Below are positions 10,241 to 19,991 of a stretch of DNA of 64,000 nt, one piece after another. The notes beneath the pieces are model-generated. The model worked only from the letters and a program-made list of their open reading frames with translations. It was not told where the DNA came from and did not search any database. The stretch's first letter is position 1; the number at the start of each line of letters is the position of its first letter. This DNA comes from Candidatus Daviesbacteria bacterium (lineage in GTDB: Bacteria > Patescibacteriota > Microgenomatia > Daviesbacterales > UBA10151): the NCBI GenBank assembly GCA_028687915.1, contig JAQTZF010000001.1:930634-994633 (forward strand). The letters are read 5' to 3'. The position numbers and the translations under genes were made by a program.

Positions 10241-10918
10241 TTAGAATAAGTCCGGAAATGCCAATCTGATGGAATCAGGAACTTTTATTTGGTCAATTGA
10301 ACTCCCAACCATAAAAGCTGCTTTCACCTCTTTAAGCTTATTATTTGGAATAGTTAGCTTAAATTTCTCTCCAGCATTAATTCTTGAATTAACAAAAGAT
10401 TCAGCTTCACCTTTATATCGAAGGTCATCAAATCTCGGCCATTGGCTAAAATCTATATCATTATTGATGAATCCTGCTTCAAATTCCTTATAGATAGCGC
10501 TAGGGAAGAATAAGTTCAATTTAAGCCTCATTAAAGCATCTTTAATTACAAATCTTGGCTCATAGGGATGAGACCCGCTAAAACCTTTTACAAAATATTC
10601 AGCAGGTAAATCCTTGTCCCATTGAAAGTCGAGTATTAGATGATTAGCTGTAGTTTTAAACCTATCACCTAAAGAAAAAGGCTTAACTCTTCTAATATTT
10701 CTATTATATGGATTAAACATTATACTTCCATAAGCAGGCCTATTAAAAAGAATCATATTAAGTACAGGAGAACCTAGTTCTGGTAAAAAATCCTCTGCAT
10801 CTAGTACTATGCTGGATGTTTTACTTCCATGGATATCTGTTTCCATTGGAACACAAAAAGGTGAAAAAGGTTCACCTATTTTAACTCTTAAATGACTTTG
10901 AAACTGGTCTACACTCAT
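10241..10918 (-). CDS. Hypothetical protein (225 aa), no recognisable domain
   Basis: Long ORF with coding-like composition and no motif I can assign. Confidence 0.4.
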   Translation of the reverse strand: MSVDQFQSHLRVKIGEPFSPFCVPMETDIHGSKTSSIVLDAEDFLPELGSPVLNMILFNRPAYGSIMFNPYNRNIRRVKPFSLGDRFKTTANHLILDFQWDKDLPAEYFVKGFSGSHPYEPRFVIKDALMRLKLNLFFPSAIYKEFEAGFINNDIDFSQWPRFDDLRYKGEAESFVNSRINAGEKFKLTIPNNKLKEVKAAFMVGSSIDQIKVPDSIRLAFPDLF

Positions 10919-10998
10919 ATTTATGTTTTAAGTATGTGAAAATATAACCTATAATAAGCTACACTGTCAAGATATCTAAAGAATTAAACAAACAATTA

Positions 10999-11256
10999 TT
11001 ATTGTTGGTAGAAATATTTTAACCAGAGATTTTTAAAAACAGGTAGAGTTAATGTAGAAAGCATAAATCCAATTGCTGGAACAATAGCATTTAACCAGGG
11101 GTTTGAAACATTAATAGCATTAAGATAGAAACCTATAGCTAAATAGGTAAAAATCATCAAAACTATTCTTCTAAATAAACTTGTTTCCCAGGCTTTATCA
11201 ACCTCTGCCTTCTTATTTCTCTCTTTTATTTTTAAAATTTCTTCTTCTATATTCAT
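10999..11256 (-). CDS. Small two-TM membrane protein
   Basis: ORF track gives 10999..11310, but that overlaps the divergent neighbour. The internal ATG (MNIEEEILK) at 11256 removes the overlap. Confidence 0.35.
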   Translation of the reverse strand: MNIEEEILKIKERNKKAEVDKAWETSLFRRIVLMIFTYLAIGFYLNAINVSNPWLNAIVPAIGFMLSTLTLPVFKNLWLKYFYQQ

Positions 11257-11277
11257 ATTAAAAGTATACCAAAAACC

Positions 11278-12270
11278 TTGACAATTATGACCATTAAAAG
11301 TAAATTTCAAACACTAAATATTAAAGATATGAATTTAGAAACAGAAGCAGAAAGAAAAGAAGCATTTGTTAAGGTATACGGTGATAAATATGACTTTATA
11401 ACCAACCCATTTTCCGGACCCCACAAAACAGGGTTTGATCTTTGCACATTCGACACTGAAAATAACTATGCTTTATGGGTGAGCCGTGGTAACAATCCGG
11501 AGCTTCTTGCATACAGAGACTTCGCGATGGACCGAATTTTACCAATTCCTATTCAAAGAAAAAGATATTTTTCAGGTAAAAATTTAAATATGGCTTCCTC
11601 AGAAATTTCTTATCCCCAGGGTGATAACCTTATTGAATGGTACTTTTTGCTTGATCAGGAACAAAAATATTTGTCCTTTAAGAGGATAAATTTAATAATT
11701 TATACCTCCCGAGAGACAGGAAAAATTCCATTAATCAGATGTTCTTCTAGATCACGAGGCAAAGTCCCGGATAACATATTTATAACTAAAGATCCTCCAG
11801 AAAGTATTGTTACAAGTTACCAATCTGCTCCTAAATGGGTAAAAAGAGATGTTCCAAATTCCCTTTTTCTTTGTAAAGCTAATGATGCTCAAAACCCTCT
11901 TATGTTGGTTCATGATAATTATCAAGAAGAGAAACCATTTGGTTCTTTTCACATTGGAGAAAAATTTGAAAACAATGGACTATCAGTTTCTATCGGGCTT
12001 CCCGATAGTTTTCATTTTTTATTATCTATGATAAATAAAAATAGTAATTCTCATTTAGAACTAGATGCTCCCATTATTGGTTATTCTAAATTACATCAAG
12101 CCTTAGAAGGCAATTGGCAGGAATTTGCTTCTTTTCCCAGAAGATACCCTGTTAAATTTCAACTACATAAATCAAAACAAGCAGAGAGGCCTGGTAGAAC
12201 TATATCCAACCTTTTGAGCTTTTTAAAAAGAGCTTCAGCTCAATTGCTTACTAATAAGTTTACTGGTTGA
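11278..12270 (+). CDS. Hypothetical protein (330 aa; alternative start at 11329)
   Basis: No recognisable motifs. The track start overlaps the divergent gene, so the in-frame ATG at 11329 (MNLETEAE) is more plausible. Confidence 0.4.
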   Translation: MTIMTIKSKFQTLNIKDMNLETEAERKEAFVKVYGDKYDFITNPFSGPHKTGFDLCTFDTENNYALWVSRGNNPELLAYRDFAMDRILPIPIQRKRYFSGKNLNMASSEISYPQGDNLIEWYFLLDQEQKYLSFKRINLIIYTSRETGKIPLIRCSSRSRGKVPDNIFITKDPPESIVTSYQSAPKWVKRDVPNSLFLCKANDAQNPLMLVHDNYQEEKPFGSFHIGEKFENNGLSVSIGLPDSFHFLLSMINKNSNSHLELDAPIIGYSKLHQALEGNWQEFASFPRRYPVKFQLHKSKQAERPGRTISNLLSFLKRASAQLLTNKFTG

Positions 12271-12666
12271 GTATCCACCTACTCGTGGTGTAACAATTAT
12301 AACTTTTGCATTAACTAATTTAGCTGCTCTTTTTTTATATTCAATGTTTGAATCCCCTTTGGTAGTAGCAATAAAATCTGGTTTAATTTTTTTTACCAAC
12401 AAATCAAACCTGTTGTTATTCATATTGCTTGGTAATGAAATTACCTCATCTACATATTTTAATGATGATAAAACTTCTGCTCTTATTTTTTGAGAATTTA
12501 TTGGTCTACCCTCACCTTTCATCTGACTTATGCGTTTATCGCTTTCTAATAAAACAATTAATTTATCACCCAAAGCTTTGGCTTTTTTTAAAAATCTAAT
12601 GTGGCCAACATGCAAAATATCAAAACATCCACCCACTAAAACAATTTTTTCTGAAGAGTCTTTCAT
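12235..12666 (-). CDS. Cytidylyltransferase-like nucleotidyltransferase (HIGH-motif class, RfaE-domain-II / TagD-like)
   Basis: GGCFDILHVGHIRFL nucleotidyltransferase signature. 143 aa. Confidence 0.7.
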   Translation of the reverse strand: MKDSSEKIVLVGGCFDILHVGHIRFLKKAKALGDKLIVLLESDKRISQMKGEGRPINSQKIRAEVLSSLKYVDEVISLPSNMNNNRFDLLVKKIKPDFIATTKGDSNIEYKKRAAKLVNAKVIIVTPRVGGYSTSKLISKQLS

Positions 12667-12892
12667 GGCTAAGATTATACAACAAAGCTTACTTCATTTG
12701 CTTTATATCTTATAATATGCTACACTACATGAAGTTGATTTAAAAACTCGAGCTATTCGAAGTATTATTTCCTTTTTTACTGTTGGTTTTTTATACAGTC
12801 GCTATATGGTTAGCAGGATTAAATTTTTGATAGTAGCTCCTAAATCCTGTTAATTAATTTCTCAAGATTTATATTTTTTTCTTCAATCAGAA

Positions 12893-14185
12893 TTGTCCTG
12901 TGCAGTAATGTTTTTATACACAGAACACAGGATAAATCGCAATAAATTTTTTAAAATTATGTATCAAAATCGTTATAATTCAAATAGATCAAATAACAGG
13001 CCTTCTTATGGAGGTTCCTCACGTTACCCAAGAAGACAAAACAGTGGTTATGGTAATCAAGCACGAAAATCCAGCTTAGGCAACAACATCAGCCTATTTA
13101 TTAAAAAAGCAGAACCCTTAATGGAAGAGGTTGGAGAGAATGTTACTCACACCAGTTTTAACGATTTTGAAATAATTGATGCATTAAAACAAAATATCTT
13201 AGCCAAGGGCTATGATGTTCCTACTCCAATTCAAGACCAGGCAATTGATCCAATTTTAGAAGGCAGGGATTTAATAGGATTAGCTAATACCGGAACCGGT
13301 AAAACAGCAGCTTTTTTAATTCCGCTTATTAATAAAATATATAAAGATAGAACACAAGGTGCTTTGATTGTTGTTCCAACCAGGGAATTAGCTGTTCAAA
13401 TTTTAGAAGAATTTAGAAGTTTAACTTTAGATATGAAGATATCATCTGCTTTGGCAATTGGTGGATCAAATTTAGAAAGACAAATCAGAGATGTTAAAAG
13501 AGTACCTCATGTTGTGATTGGAACCCCAGGAAGATTAAAAGATTTGATTGAAAGAAGAGCCTTAGACCTTTCTGATTACTCTACTTTTATCCTTGATGAA
13601 GTAGATTTAATGGTTGATATTGGCTTTATTGCTGATGTTAAATACTTTGTATCTCTTTTACCAGAAGTTAGACAATCACTCTTCTTTTCAGCAACTATCT
13701 CACCAAAGATTCAGGAAATTATCAGGATTTTTGTTAACGACCCAGTAACTATTTCTGTTAAGACCACAGATACATCCAAAAATATTGACCAAGATGTAGT
13801 TTTAGTAGAAAATGGCGCAAAGAAAATCGAGCAATTACATGACCTTTTAATTAAAGATGGTTTTGATAAAGTGTTAATCTTTGGCAGAACTAAAAGGGGT
13901 GTTGAAACTTTAAACAGAGAACTTGAAACCAGAGGATTTAGAGTTGGGGCAATTCATGGTAATAAAACACAAGGGTATAGACAAAGAATATTACAAAGCT
14001 TTAAACAAGATGAAATTCAAATTCTTTTAGCAACAGATGTTGCTGCCAGAGGCTTGGATATTCCAAATGTTTCTCATGTTATAAACTATGAATTACCAGA
14101 AACTTATGAAGATTATATTCACAGAATTGGTAGAACTGGAAGAGCTGGAAAAGTTGGTTCTGCTTTAACTTTTGTCAGCAGATAA
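12893..14185 (+). CDS. DEAD-box ATP-dependent RNA helicase
   Basis: Motifs Q (TPIQ), I (ANTGTGKT), II (DEVD), III (SAT) and VI (HRIGRTGRAG). The N/R/G-rich N-terminus suggests the true start may be the ATG at 12959. 226-nt upstream leader. Confidence 0.85.
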   Translation: MSCAVMFLYTEHRINRNKFFKIMYQNRYNSNRSNNRPSYGGSSRYPRRQNSGYGNQARKSSLGNNISLFIKKAEPLMEEVGENVTHTSFNDFEIIDALKQNILAKGYDVPTPIQDQAIDPILEGRDLIGLANTGTGKTAAFLIPLINKIYKDRTQGALIVVPTRELAVQILEEFRSLTLDMKISSALAIGGSNLERQIRDVKRVPHVVIGTPGRLKDLIERRALDLSDYSTFILDEVDLMVDIGFIADVKYFVSLLPEVRQSLFFSATISPKIQEIIRIFVNDPVTISVKTTDTSKNIDQDVVLVENGAKKIEQLHDLLIKDGFDKVLIFGRTKRGVETLNRELETRGFRVGAIHGNKTQGYRQRILQSFKQDEIQILLATDVAARGLDIPNVSHVINYELPETYEDYIHRIGRTGRAGKVGSALTFVSR

Positions 14186-14187
14186 GA

Positions 14188-14529
14188 TCATTCAATATCC
14201 ATCAATTCAACTTCAAAGATTAGTGTAGCATTTGGTGGAATAACACCACCTGCTCCTGATTCTCCATAAGCTAGGGAGCTTGGAATAGTTAATTTTCTTT
14301 TTCCACCTTTTTTCATACCAATTACACCCATATCCCAACCTTCTATCACCTGTCCTACACCAATTCTGGTTTTAAAGGGATCTCCTCTATCATAAGAGCT
14401 ATCAAATTTTGTACCATTTTCCAAGGTTCCCAGGTAATGAATAGAGATATAATCTCCACCTTTTACTTCTTCCCCTTTCCCCACCTCTATATCTTCTACT
14501 ATTAGTTTTGAATTACTCATATTAATCAA
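14188..14529 (-). CDS. FKBP-type peptidyl-prolyl cis-trans isomerase
   Basis: FKBP core GDYISIHYLGTLENGTKFDSS...GWDMGVIGMKKGGKRKLTIP...ATLIFEVEL. Confidence 0.85.
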   Translation of the reverse strand: MINMSNSKLIVEDIEVGKGEEVKGGDYISIHYLGTLENGTKFDSSYDRGDPFKTRIGVGQVIEGWDMGVIGMKKGGKRKLTIPSSLAYGESGAGGVIPPNATLIFEVELMDIE

Positions 14530-16021
14530 TTATATCAGGTTGATCTTTGGCTTGTGCCTGAGCAAGTTCTGTATCAAGTTCTTGTCCAACTTTATCTAAC
14601 AATGGTTCTTCCTTATGTGAAGTACGCAACGGTATTTCTTTAAGGAAAAGGGTGGAAAAGGAGGCAATACTTAACAGGATTGCTGCAGCTAAAAAAACCG
14701 GAGATAAGGAATTTGCAAAAGCAATATTTTTAGGTAATACTGATAAATTTTTTGAAAGTCCTGAATTTAATAAACTCCCTAAAAGAGCAATTCCTACTGT
14801 TCCTCCAATGCTTCTAAAAAGCTGAATAGAGGAAGTAACTACTCCTAATTTACTGTGTTCAAAAGCATTTTGCACAATAACAGTAAACACAGGCATAGCT
14901 GCCCCCATTCCAAAACCAAGAAAAATCATTCTCAAGGTTAGACTTAATTCTGATGTTTGAGTATTCATTTGTGATAGTAAAACCATTCCAATTGTTGCAA
15001 CAACCAAACCAGCAATGGTAACCATTTTATATCTTCCGGTACTTGATACAATCCTTCCTCCAATAATACCTGTTATCACTTGAGCAATTACCATTGGTGT
15101 CATCAAGCTTCCGGAAGAAACAGCACTAATACCTAAAGCATTTTGCGCAAATAATGGAATATATAAAGCAGCTCCAAACATACCTACTCCAAATAGAAAG
15201 GAAGCAAAAATAGAAACTGAAAAAATAGAATTTTTAAAAAGACTTAGCGGGATTATTGGTTCTTTAGTTCTTTGCTCAATGAAACAAAATATTACTAAAA
15301 AGATAACTGCAAAAATAAGCAATCCAATAATCTGAACAGAGTTCCAGGGATATTCAGTTCCACCCCACACAAGTCCTAAAAGAAGAGTAACCAGACCCAG
15401 AGCAAGTGTTAATGCTCCAAAGTAATCAATTGAACGTTCTTTAATAGAAGGTATAATTTTAGGGATCAAAAAACCAATTGCAAGCAATGCCAAAATACCA
15501 ACAGGAATATTAATATAAAAATTCCACCTCCAGGAAATAGTATCAGTAATAAACCCTCCTAAAATTGGACCAACGATTGAGGCAAGTCCAAAAGTTCCTC
15601 CTAATACTCCCTGCCACTTACCTCTCTCCCGGGGTGTAAAAAGATCTCCTACTATAGCAAAAGCATTTGCCATAATTGCTCCTCCACCAATTCCCTGTAA
15701 ACTACGGAAGACTATCAATTGCATCATGTCTTGGGATAAACCGGAAAGCACTGAACCAAGCATAAAAATAACAATGCCTGCAAAGAAAAACCATTTTCTA
15801 CCATATATATCGGATAATTTTCCATAAATTGGTACAGTCACAGTGGAAGCTAACATGTAAGCTGTAAAAACCCAGGATAAATGATTTAAACCACCAAGTT
15901 CTTTCACAATAGTAGGCATTGCTGTTCCCACAATAGTTGAATCCAAAGCCGCCACAAAGATGGCTAAAAGCACCCCAATCATAATTAAACCTTTTTGTTG
16001 TTTTGAAATATCAGCTAACAT
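14522..16021 (-). CDS. MFS transporter, DHA2 (EmrB/QacA, 14-TM) type
   Basis: 14 predicted TM helices and a GRKW-type motif after TM2. 499 aa. Confidence 0.8.
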   Translation of the reverse strand: MLADISKQQKGLIMIGVLLAIFVAALDSTIVGTAMPTIVKELGGLNHLSWVFTAYMLASTVTVPIYGKLSDIYGRKWFFFAGIVIFMLGSVLSGLSQDMMQLIVFRSLQGIGGGAIMANAFAIVGDLFTPRERGKWQGVLGGTFGLASIVGPILGGFITDTISWRWNFYINIPVGILALLAIGFLIPKIIPSIKERSIDYFGALTLALGLVTLLLGLVWGGTEYPWNSVQIIGLLIFAVIFLVIFCFIEQRTKEPIIPLSLFKNSIFSVSIFASFLFGVGMFGAALYIPLFAQNALGISAVSSGSLMTPMVIAQVITGIIGGRIVSSTGRYKMVTIAGLVVATIGMVLLSQMNTQTSELSLTLRMIFLGFGMGAAMPVFTVIVQNAFEHSKLGVVTSSIQLFRSIGGTVGIALLGSLLNSGLSKNLSVLPKNIAFANSLSPVFLAAAILLSIASFSTLFLKEIPLRTSHKEEPLLDKVGQELDTELAQAQAKDQPDIID

Positions 16022-16165
16022 AATTTGTATTGCAAAGATTTATTGTAACCCAATTTTACAACTTTTGAAAAGAGTATAAATGTAAATAGCCTTACAAGAG
16101 GTAAGAGGAAAAAATACCGGGGATTGAAATTTAGGCAGTAAACATCAATCACACCGGTATAATTT

Positions 16166-16504
16166 TTAGCTAAGCCACATTTTGTGACTGTCATCACCTG
16201 TGGAACAAAAAACACCTTCCCACTTAGTGCCATTCTTTCGGTATCCAGTTCTTCTTTTTGCTGGAGCACCACAAGCTTCACAAGTTGCATTAGAATCAGC
16301 AGTGACTTTTTTTGTGTTGGAAACACCAATCTCTTTACCTTCTGGATTCCAACCTTTTAGTAAAGCTGCTTTTTCAAATGCCTCAAATTTCCGCATTAAT
16401 TTTTCTCCAGAAAAATCTCTAAGAGTAAATAAAAGATGGAAACCTTTTTCAGTTATTATTCTAACCGTCACAGAAGCAGGAGCTTCTGGTAAACTAACAC
16501 TCAT
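16166..16504 (-). CDS. Small protein with C-terminal topoisomerase-type C4 zinc ribbon
   Basis: C-terminus CEACGAPAKRRTGYRKNGTKWEGVFCSTGDD fits the zf-C4_Topoisom pattern (CxxCG...G.F..CS). The track start is TTG at 16567. The ATG at 16504 (MSVSLPEAP) lies downstream of AAGGAGGTGA. Confidence 0.45.
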   Translation of the reverse strand: MSVSLPEAPASVTVRIITEKGFHLLFTLRDFSGEKLMRKFEAFEKAALLKGWNPEGKEIGVSNTKKVTADSNATCEACGAPAKRRTGYRKNGTKWEGVFCSTGDDSHKMWLS

Positions 16505-16625
16505 ATCCTTATCCAAATTTATCACCTCCTTACCTACATATTTAACAATTTCAGACTTTAAGCACAACCAAATAAAACACGAACATTATAGTGAAATTGA
16601 AGCTAAATGTCAACCATTAGAGGTG

Positions 16626-17096
16626 TTATGGATTAAGTAAAACTATGCTTAAATTTAAAATTGTAGCAAATGTTACCCAGGCTAAATAAGGGTAAAGCAA
16701 CAAGGCTGCTGTTTTATTTATTTGTTGAAAATTTTGAATAGTTTTTAAAATTAAAAACCACATTAAAATTATTGTTACCAATCCCCCTATTGGTGAGCGA
16801 TAACCAAAGAAAATAATAGACCAGAATGAGTTTACCCCCAACTGAGCCAGGAAAAGTTTAATCCCCATCTTTTTATTTTTTGCAGTATTTGATTCCCACA
16901 CCAAATATAAAGAAACTCCCATTAAAAAATAAAGAATAGTCCAAACAGGCCCAAAAATAAAGTTAGGAGGGCTAAAGGGAGGTTTGTTTAAAGTAGCATA
17001 CCAGGTTGGGATTGACTGAATAGTAAAAAACGATCCTAAGATACCTGCTCCTTCACAAAGAAGTATCGAAGCAACAAACTTAAATACCTTGGGCAT
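16626..17096 (-). CDS. tspO: TspO/MBR family (tryptophan-rich sensory protein)
   Basis: WYATLNKPPFSPPNFIFGPVWTILYFLMG signature; 5 TM helices. Confidence 0.8.
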   Translation of the reverse strand: MPKVFKFVASILLCEGAGILGSFFTIQSIPTWYATLNKPPFSPPNFIFGPVWTILYFLMGVSLYLVWESNTAKNKKMGIKLFLAQLGVNSFWSIIFFGYRSPIGGLVTIILMWFLILKTIQNFQQINKTAALLLYPYLAWVTFATILNLSIVLLNP

Positions 17097-17105
17097 AGTT
17101 TAATA

Positions 17106-18188
17106 CTAAACTATTATTTTGGATTTTGCACCAATGAAAAAGCTAACCTTTTTAGATTGCTTCTCTGTATTTATAATTTCACTACCTGGACCTATTAAAC
17201 TGGAATCTATTTGATCAGGATAATTCTTAATAAGAACCTCATTCATTAAAATACTATTTTCAATACGGGCTCCCTCAACCTTACTATCACTTGATATTGC
17301 AGTAAAAGGACCAATAAATGAATCTTTAATCATGACATTATCACCTATAACTACCGGTCCTTTAATTTGAGTGTTTTCAATAATACAATTTTTTCCAATA
17401 TGTGCATTATTTTCAATTGTGGTATCAGACCCAACCTCACACTCTATTTTATCTTCAGTTACTTCCCTCTCCAACATAAACTGATTAGCTTCCATCCAAT
17501 CATCAAACTTACCAGGATCCAACCATTTACCTTTATACTCAACCACATCAACCCTCATTCCCTGATCTATCATCCATTGAAATGCAGCTGGAATTTCATA
17601 TTCCCCACGGGCTGAAGGCACAATTGCTTCTGTACCTTTAAAACATTTAAAAAAGTTGCTGTCTCCAAAATATAATCCTGGTACAGCAAAATCGTGTGGA
17701 GGATTTTCCGGCTTTTCAACATATTTGGTTAACCTGCCGCTATCATCAAAATAAGGCACACCCATTCTTTTATTTTCAGAATGATGCAGCATGGTGACCA
17801 AACCATTTGGCTTTTTCTCTTCAAAATAATCTACAGCTTCTTTTATTCCATCAACAAAAATATTATCTCCTAAATGAAATACAAAGCTCTCTCCTGCTAA
17901 AAATTCTTCACAAACTTGTACTATATTAGCTAAACCTATTGGTTTTTCCTGTAAGATATAAGTAATCTTTACTCCCCACCTACTCCCATCACCCAGGATG
18001 CTTTGTGCTTCTTCTAAATACCCTGGATTATAGGTAACACCTATTTCTTTAATCCCTGCTGCAATTACTGTTTCTACAGGATAAAAGATTAAGGGTTTGC
18101 CACCAATAGGAATAAAGTGTTTGTTTAGAGAAAAAGTTAGAGGCTGCATTCTGGTACCCCTGCCTCCTGTTGGAATAATTGCTTTCAT
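17106..18188 (-). CDS. Sugar-1-phosphate nucleotidyltransferase with C-terminal left-handed beta-helix (RmlA/GlmU-like long form)
   Basis: N-terminal GGRGTRMQPLTFSLNKHFIPIGGKPLI motif. C-terminal hexapeptide-repeat region. Confidence 0.75.
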   Translation of the reverse strand: MKAIIPTGGRGTRMQPLTFSLNKHFIPIGGKPLIFYPVETVIAAGIKEIGVTYNPGYLEEAQSILGDGSRWGVKITYILQEKPIGLANIVQVCEEFLAGESFVFHLGDNIFVDGIKEAVDYFEEKKPNGLVTMLHHSENKRMGVPYFDDSGRLTKYVEKPENPPHDFAVPGLYFGDSNFFKCFKGTEAIVPSARGEYEIPAAFQWMIDQGMRVDVVEYKGKWLDPGKFDDWMEANQFMLEREVTEDKIECEVGSDTTIENNAHIGKNCIIENTQIKGPVVIGDNVMIKDSFIGPFTAISSDSKVEGARIENSILMNEVLIKNYPDQIDSSLIGPGSEIINTEKQSKKVSFFIGAKSKIIV

Positions 18189-18274
18189 AAGTTTACTAAA
18201 CTATTTTTGATTATAGTAATGTATTCATAAAATGTCTACAGACCAACTGCTAATTAATTTGATATACTATTTAT

Positions 18275-18640
18275 ATGAGTCCTAAAAAGTTAGCCCGTTC
18301 TTTTCTTTATGCTTTTCAAGGGTTCTATTCAGCAATTAAAACAGAAACTAACTGGGCAATTGGTATAGTGGAAGCTATTTTGGTTATTGTCGCAGGCTTG
18401 TATTTTAATATTACCAGTACAGAATGGGTGCTGGTTATTTTAATCATTGGTGTTGTTTTGTCTTCAGAGCTTTGCAATAGTGCAATCGAAGCAATAGTCG
18501 ACTCATTTGTAACAACAGAACACCCTAAAGCCAAAATTGCTAAAGATTTTGCTGCAGGCCAGTCTGTAATTGTAGTTTTAGCAGCAGCTATTTCCGGGTC
18601 TATAATTTTCCGCCCTTATATTGAGAGTTTATTTAGGTAA
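18275..18640 (+). CDS. dgkA: Diacylglycerol kinase / undecaprenol kinase family (DgkA)
   Basis: SSELCNSAIEAIVD and AKDFAAGQSVIVVLAA motifs of prokaryotic DgkA; 3 TM helices. Confidence 0.8.
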   Translation: MSPKKLARSFLYAFQGFYSAIKTETNWAIGIVEAILVIVAGLYFNITSTEWVLVILIIGVVLSSELCNSAIEAIVDSFVTTEHPKAKIAKDFAAGQSVIVVLAAAISGSIIFRPYIESLFR

Positions 18641-18642
18641 GT

Positions 18643-19158
18643 ATGTTTGACAACAATACACTTTTTTTACAAATATTTGGACTTGCGCGCCAAAATGCCC
18701 TGCTTGATGGTGTTTTCATCTTTGGAGCCAGAGAACTAATTTTTATAATGTACTTTTTAGTTTTTGTACTTATACTTTTAGGAGGACCAAAAGAAAGAAA
18801 AGCCTTTCTTATATTAATTCTTGGATTAATTATCAGTGAAAGTTTTATACAAATTACTCATCTTTTTTTTAATGAACCAAGACCTTATGTGACATTTAAT
18901 TTAATTCCTTTGATACATCATATTCCAAACCCATCTTTTCCTTCTGGACACGCCACATTATCAGCTATAATTGCTTTTGCCTATCTTTTTACCAAATCTA
19001 AATACTCATTATTGTTTGTTTTAACAGCCATTTGGGTAGGTTTTTCCAGAATTTTTGTGGGGGTGCATTATCCTTTAGATGTTTTAGGAGGAATTTTTTA
19101 TGCTCTCTTTTCTATATTTTTAGCTTCAAAGGTTCTTAACAAATTCCTTAACATTTAG
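18643..19158 (+). CDS. PAP2-family phosphatase (undecaprenyl-diphosphatase-like)
   Basis: PAP2 motifs KxxxxxxRP (NEPRPY), PSGH (FPSGHATLS) and SRxxxxxHxxxD (SRIFVGVHYPLDV). Immediately follows dgkA. Confidence 0.75.
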   Translation: MFDNNTLFLQIFGLARQNALLDGVFIFGARELIFIMYFLVFVLILLGGPKERKAFLILILGLIISESFIQITHLFFNEPRPYVTFNLIPLIHHIPNPSFPSGHATLSAIIAFAYLFTKSKYSLLFVLTAIWVGFSRIFVGVHYPLDVLGGIFYALFSIFLASKVLNKFLNI

Positions 19159-19159
19159 G

Positions 19160-19200
19160 TTTGAAGGTTTGAAGTTTGAAGGGGGACGTCTTTTGAGGCT
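19160..19200 (+). repeat. Tandem GTTTGAAG x3 followed by GGGGGACGTCTTTTGAGGCT (copy 1 of a motif repeated at 19758-19780)
   Basis: Read directly: ggTTTGAAGgTTTGAAGTTTGAAGggggacgtcttttgaggct, immediately after the PAP2 stop and 3 nt before the transposase ORF. Confidence 0.6.
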
Positions 19201-19202
19201 AA

Positions 19203-19955
19203 ATGTTACTTGATTCTATATGTCTAATATCAGATAGTATAAAAATGCCTGCCAAAAATTCTATCAAGATATACTGCGAAAATTCTTATTACCATATTTA
19301 CAATCGCGGGGTAGAAAAAAGGCTGATATTCTTGGATGAACAAGATTATAAAGTATTTCTTTCTTATTTAAGGGATTATCTTGTACCAAAAGACGAAAAA
19401 GGGCTTAGAAATATTCTTTCTTCCCCAACCTCTAATTACAAAGAAAAGGCTCAGGCTCTAAAATTAATTCGTCTAAATAATTTTGCAGATGAAATTATTT
19501 TAGTTTCTTATTGCCTTATGCCTAATCACATACATTTTTTAATTAAACAAATATCTAGTAATAGCATTGATAGATTTATGAATTCATTATGTGTCAGATA
19601 TACTATGTATTTTAACCGGAAGTATAAAAGAGTGGGCTCCCTTTATCAGGATGTTTATAAAGCTGTACTTATTGAAAATGATTCACAGCTTTTACACCTT
19701 AGTAAATATATTCACCAAAATCCTCTTAAAAAATTACCCAAATCCAAATTAGCTTCGCAAGGGGACGTCTTACGAGGCTATTATATGCAACCATCATCTC
19801 TTCCTGAATATGATGGGCAAAGACAAACAGAATGGGTACATCCAGAAGAAATATTAGGATTTTTCTCTAAAGAAAATCCCCAACTTTCTTACCAGGCTTT
19901 TGTAGAACAAACAGAGGATCTTCCCCTAATAGAAAATCTAGTTTTAGATTCTTAG
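19203..19955 (+). CDS. IS200-like / Y1 HUH transposase (PF01797-like)
   Basis: HUH motif PNHIHFLI and catalytic-Tyr motif LSKYIHQNP. The start may be the ATG at 19245 (MPAKNS). No TnpB-like partner present. Confidence 0.75.
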   Translation: MLLDSICLISDSIKMPAKNSIKIYCENSYYHIYNRGVEKRLIFLDEQDYKVFLSYLRDYLVPKDEKGLRNILSSPTSNYKEKAQALKLIRLNNFADEIILVSYCLMPNHIHFLIKQISSNSIDRFMNSLCVRYTMYFNRKYKRVGSLYQDVYKAVLIENDSQLLHLSKYIHQNPLKKLPKSKLASQGDVLRGYYMQPSSLPEYDGQRQTEWVHPEEILGFFSKENPQLSYQAFVEQTEDLPLIENLVLDS

Positions 19956-19991
19956 CCTTACAAGACCAGGTCTGGTGAAGCTAAATTAATA

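Noticed and set aside
16015-16640. ORFs 16015..16329 (-) and 16200..16640 (+)
   Set aside because: They overlap the zinc-ribbon gene and the MFS gene in other frames or strands, with no independent support.
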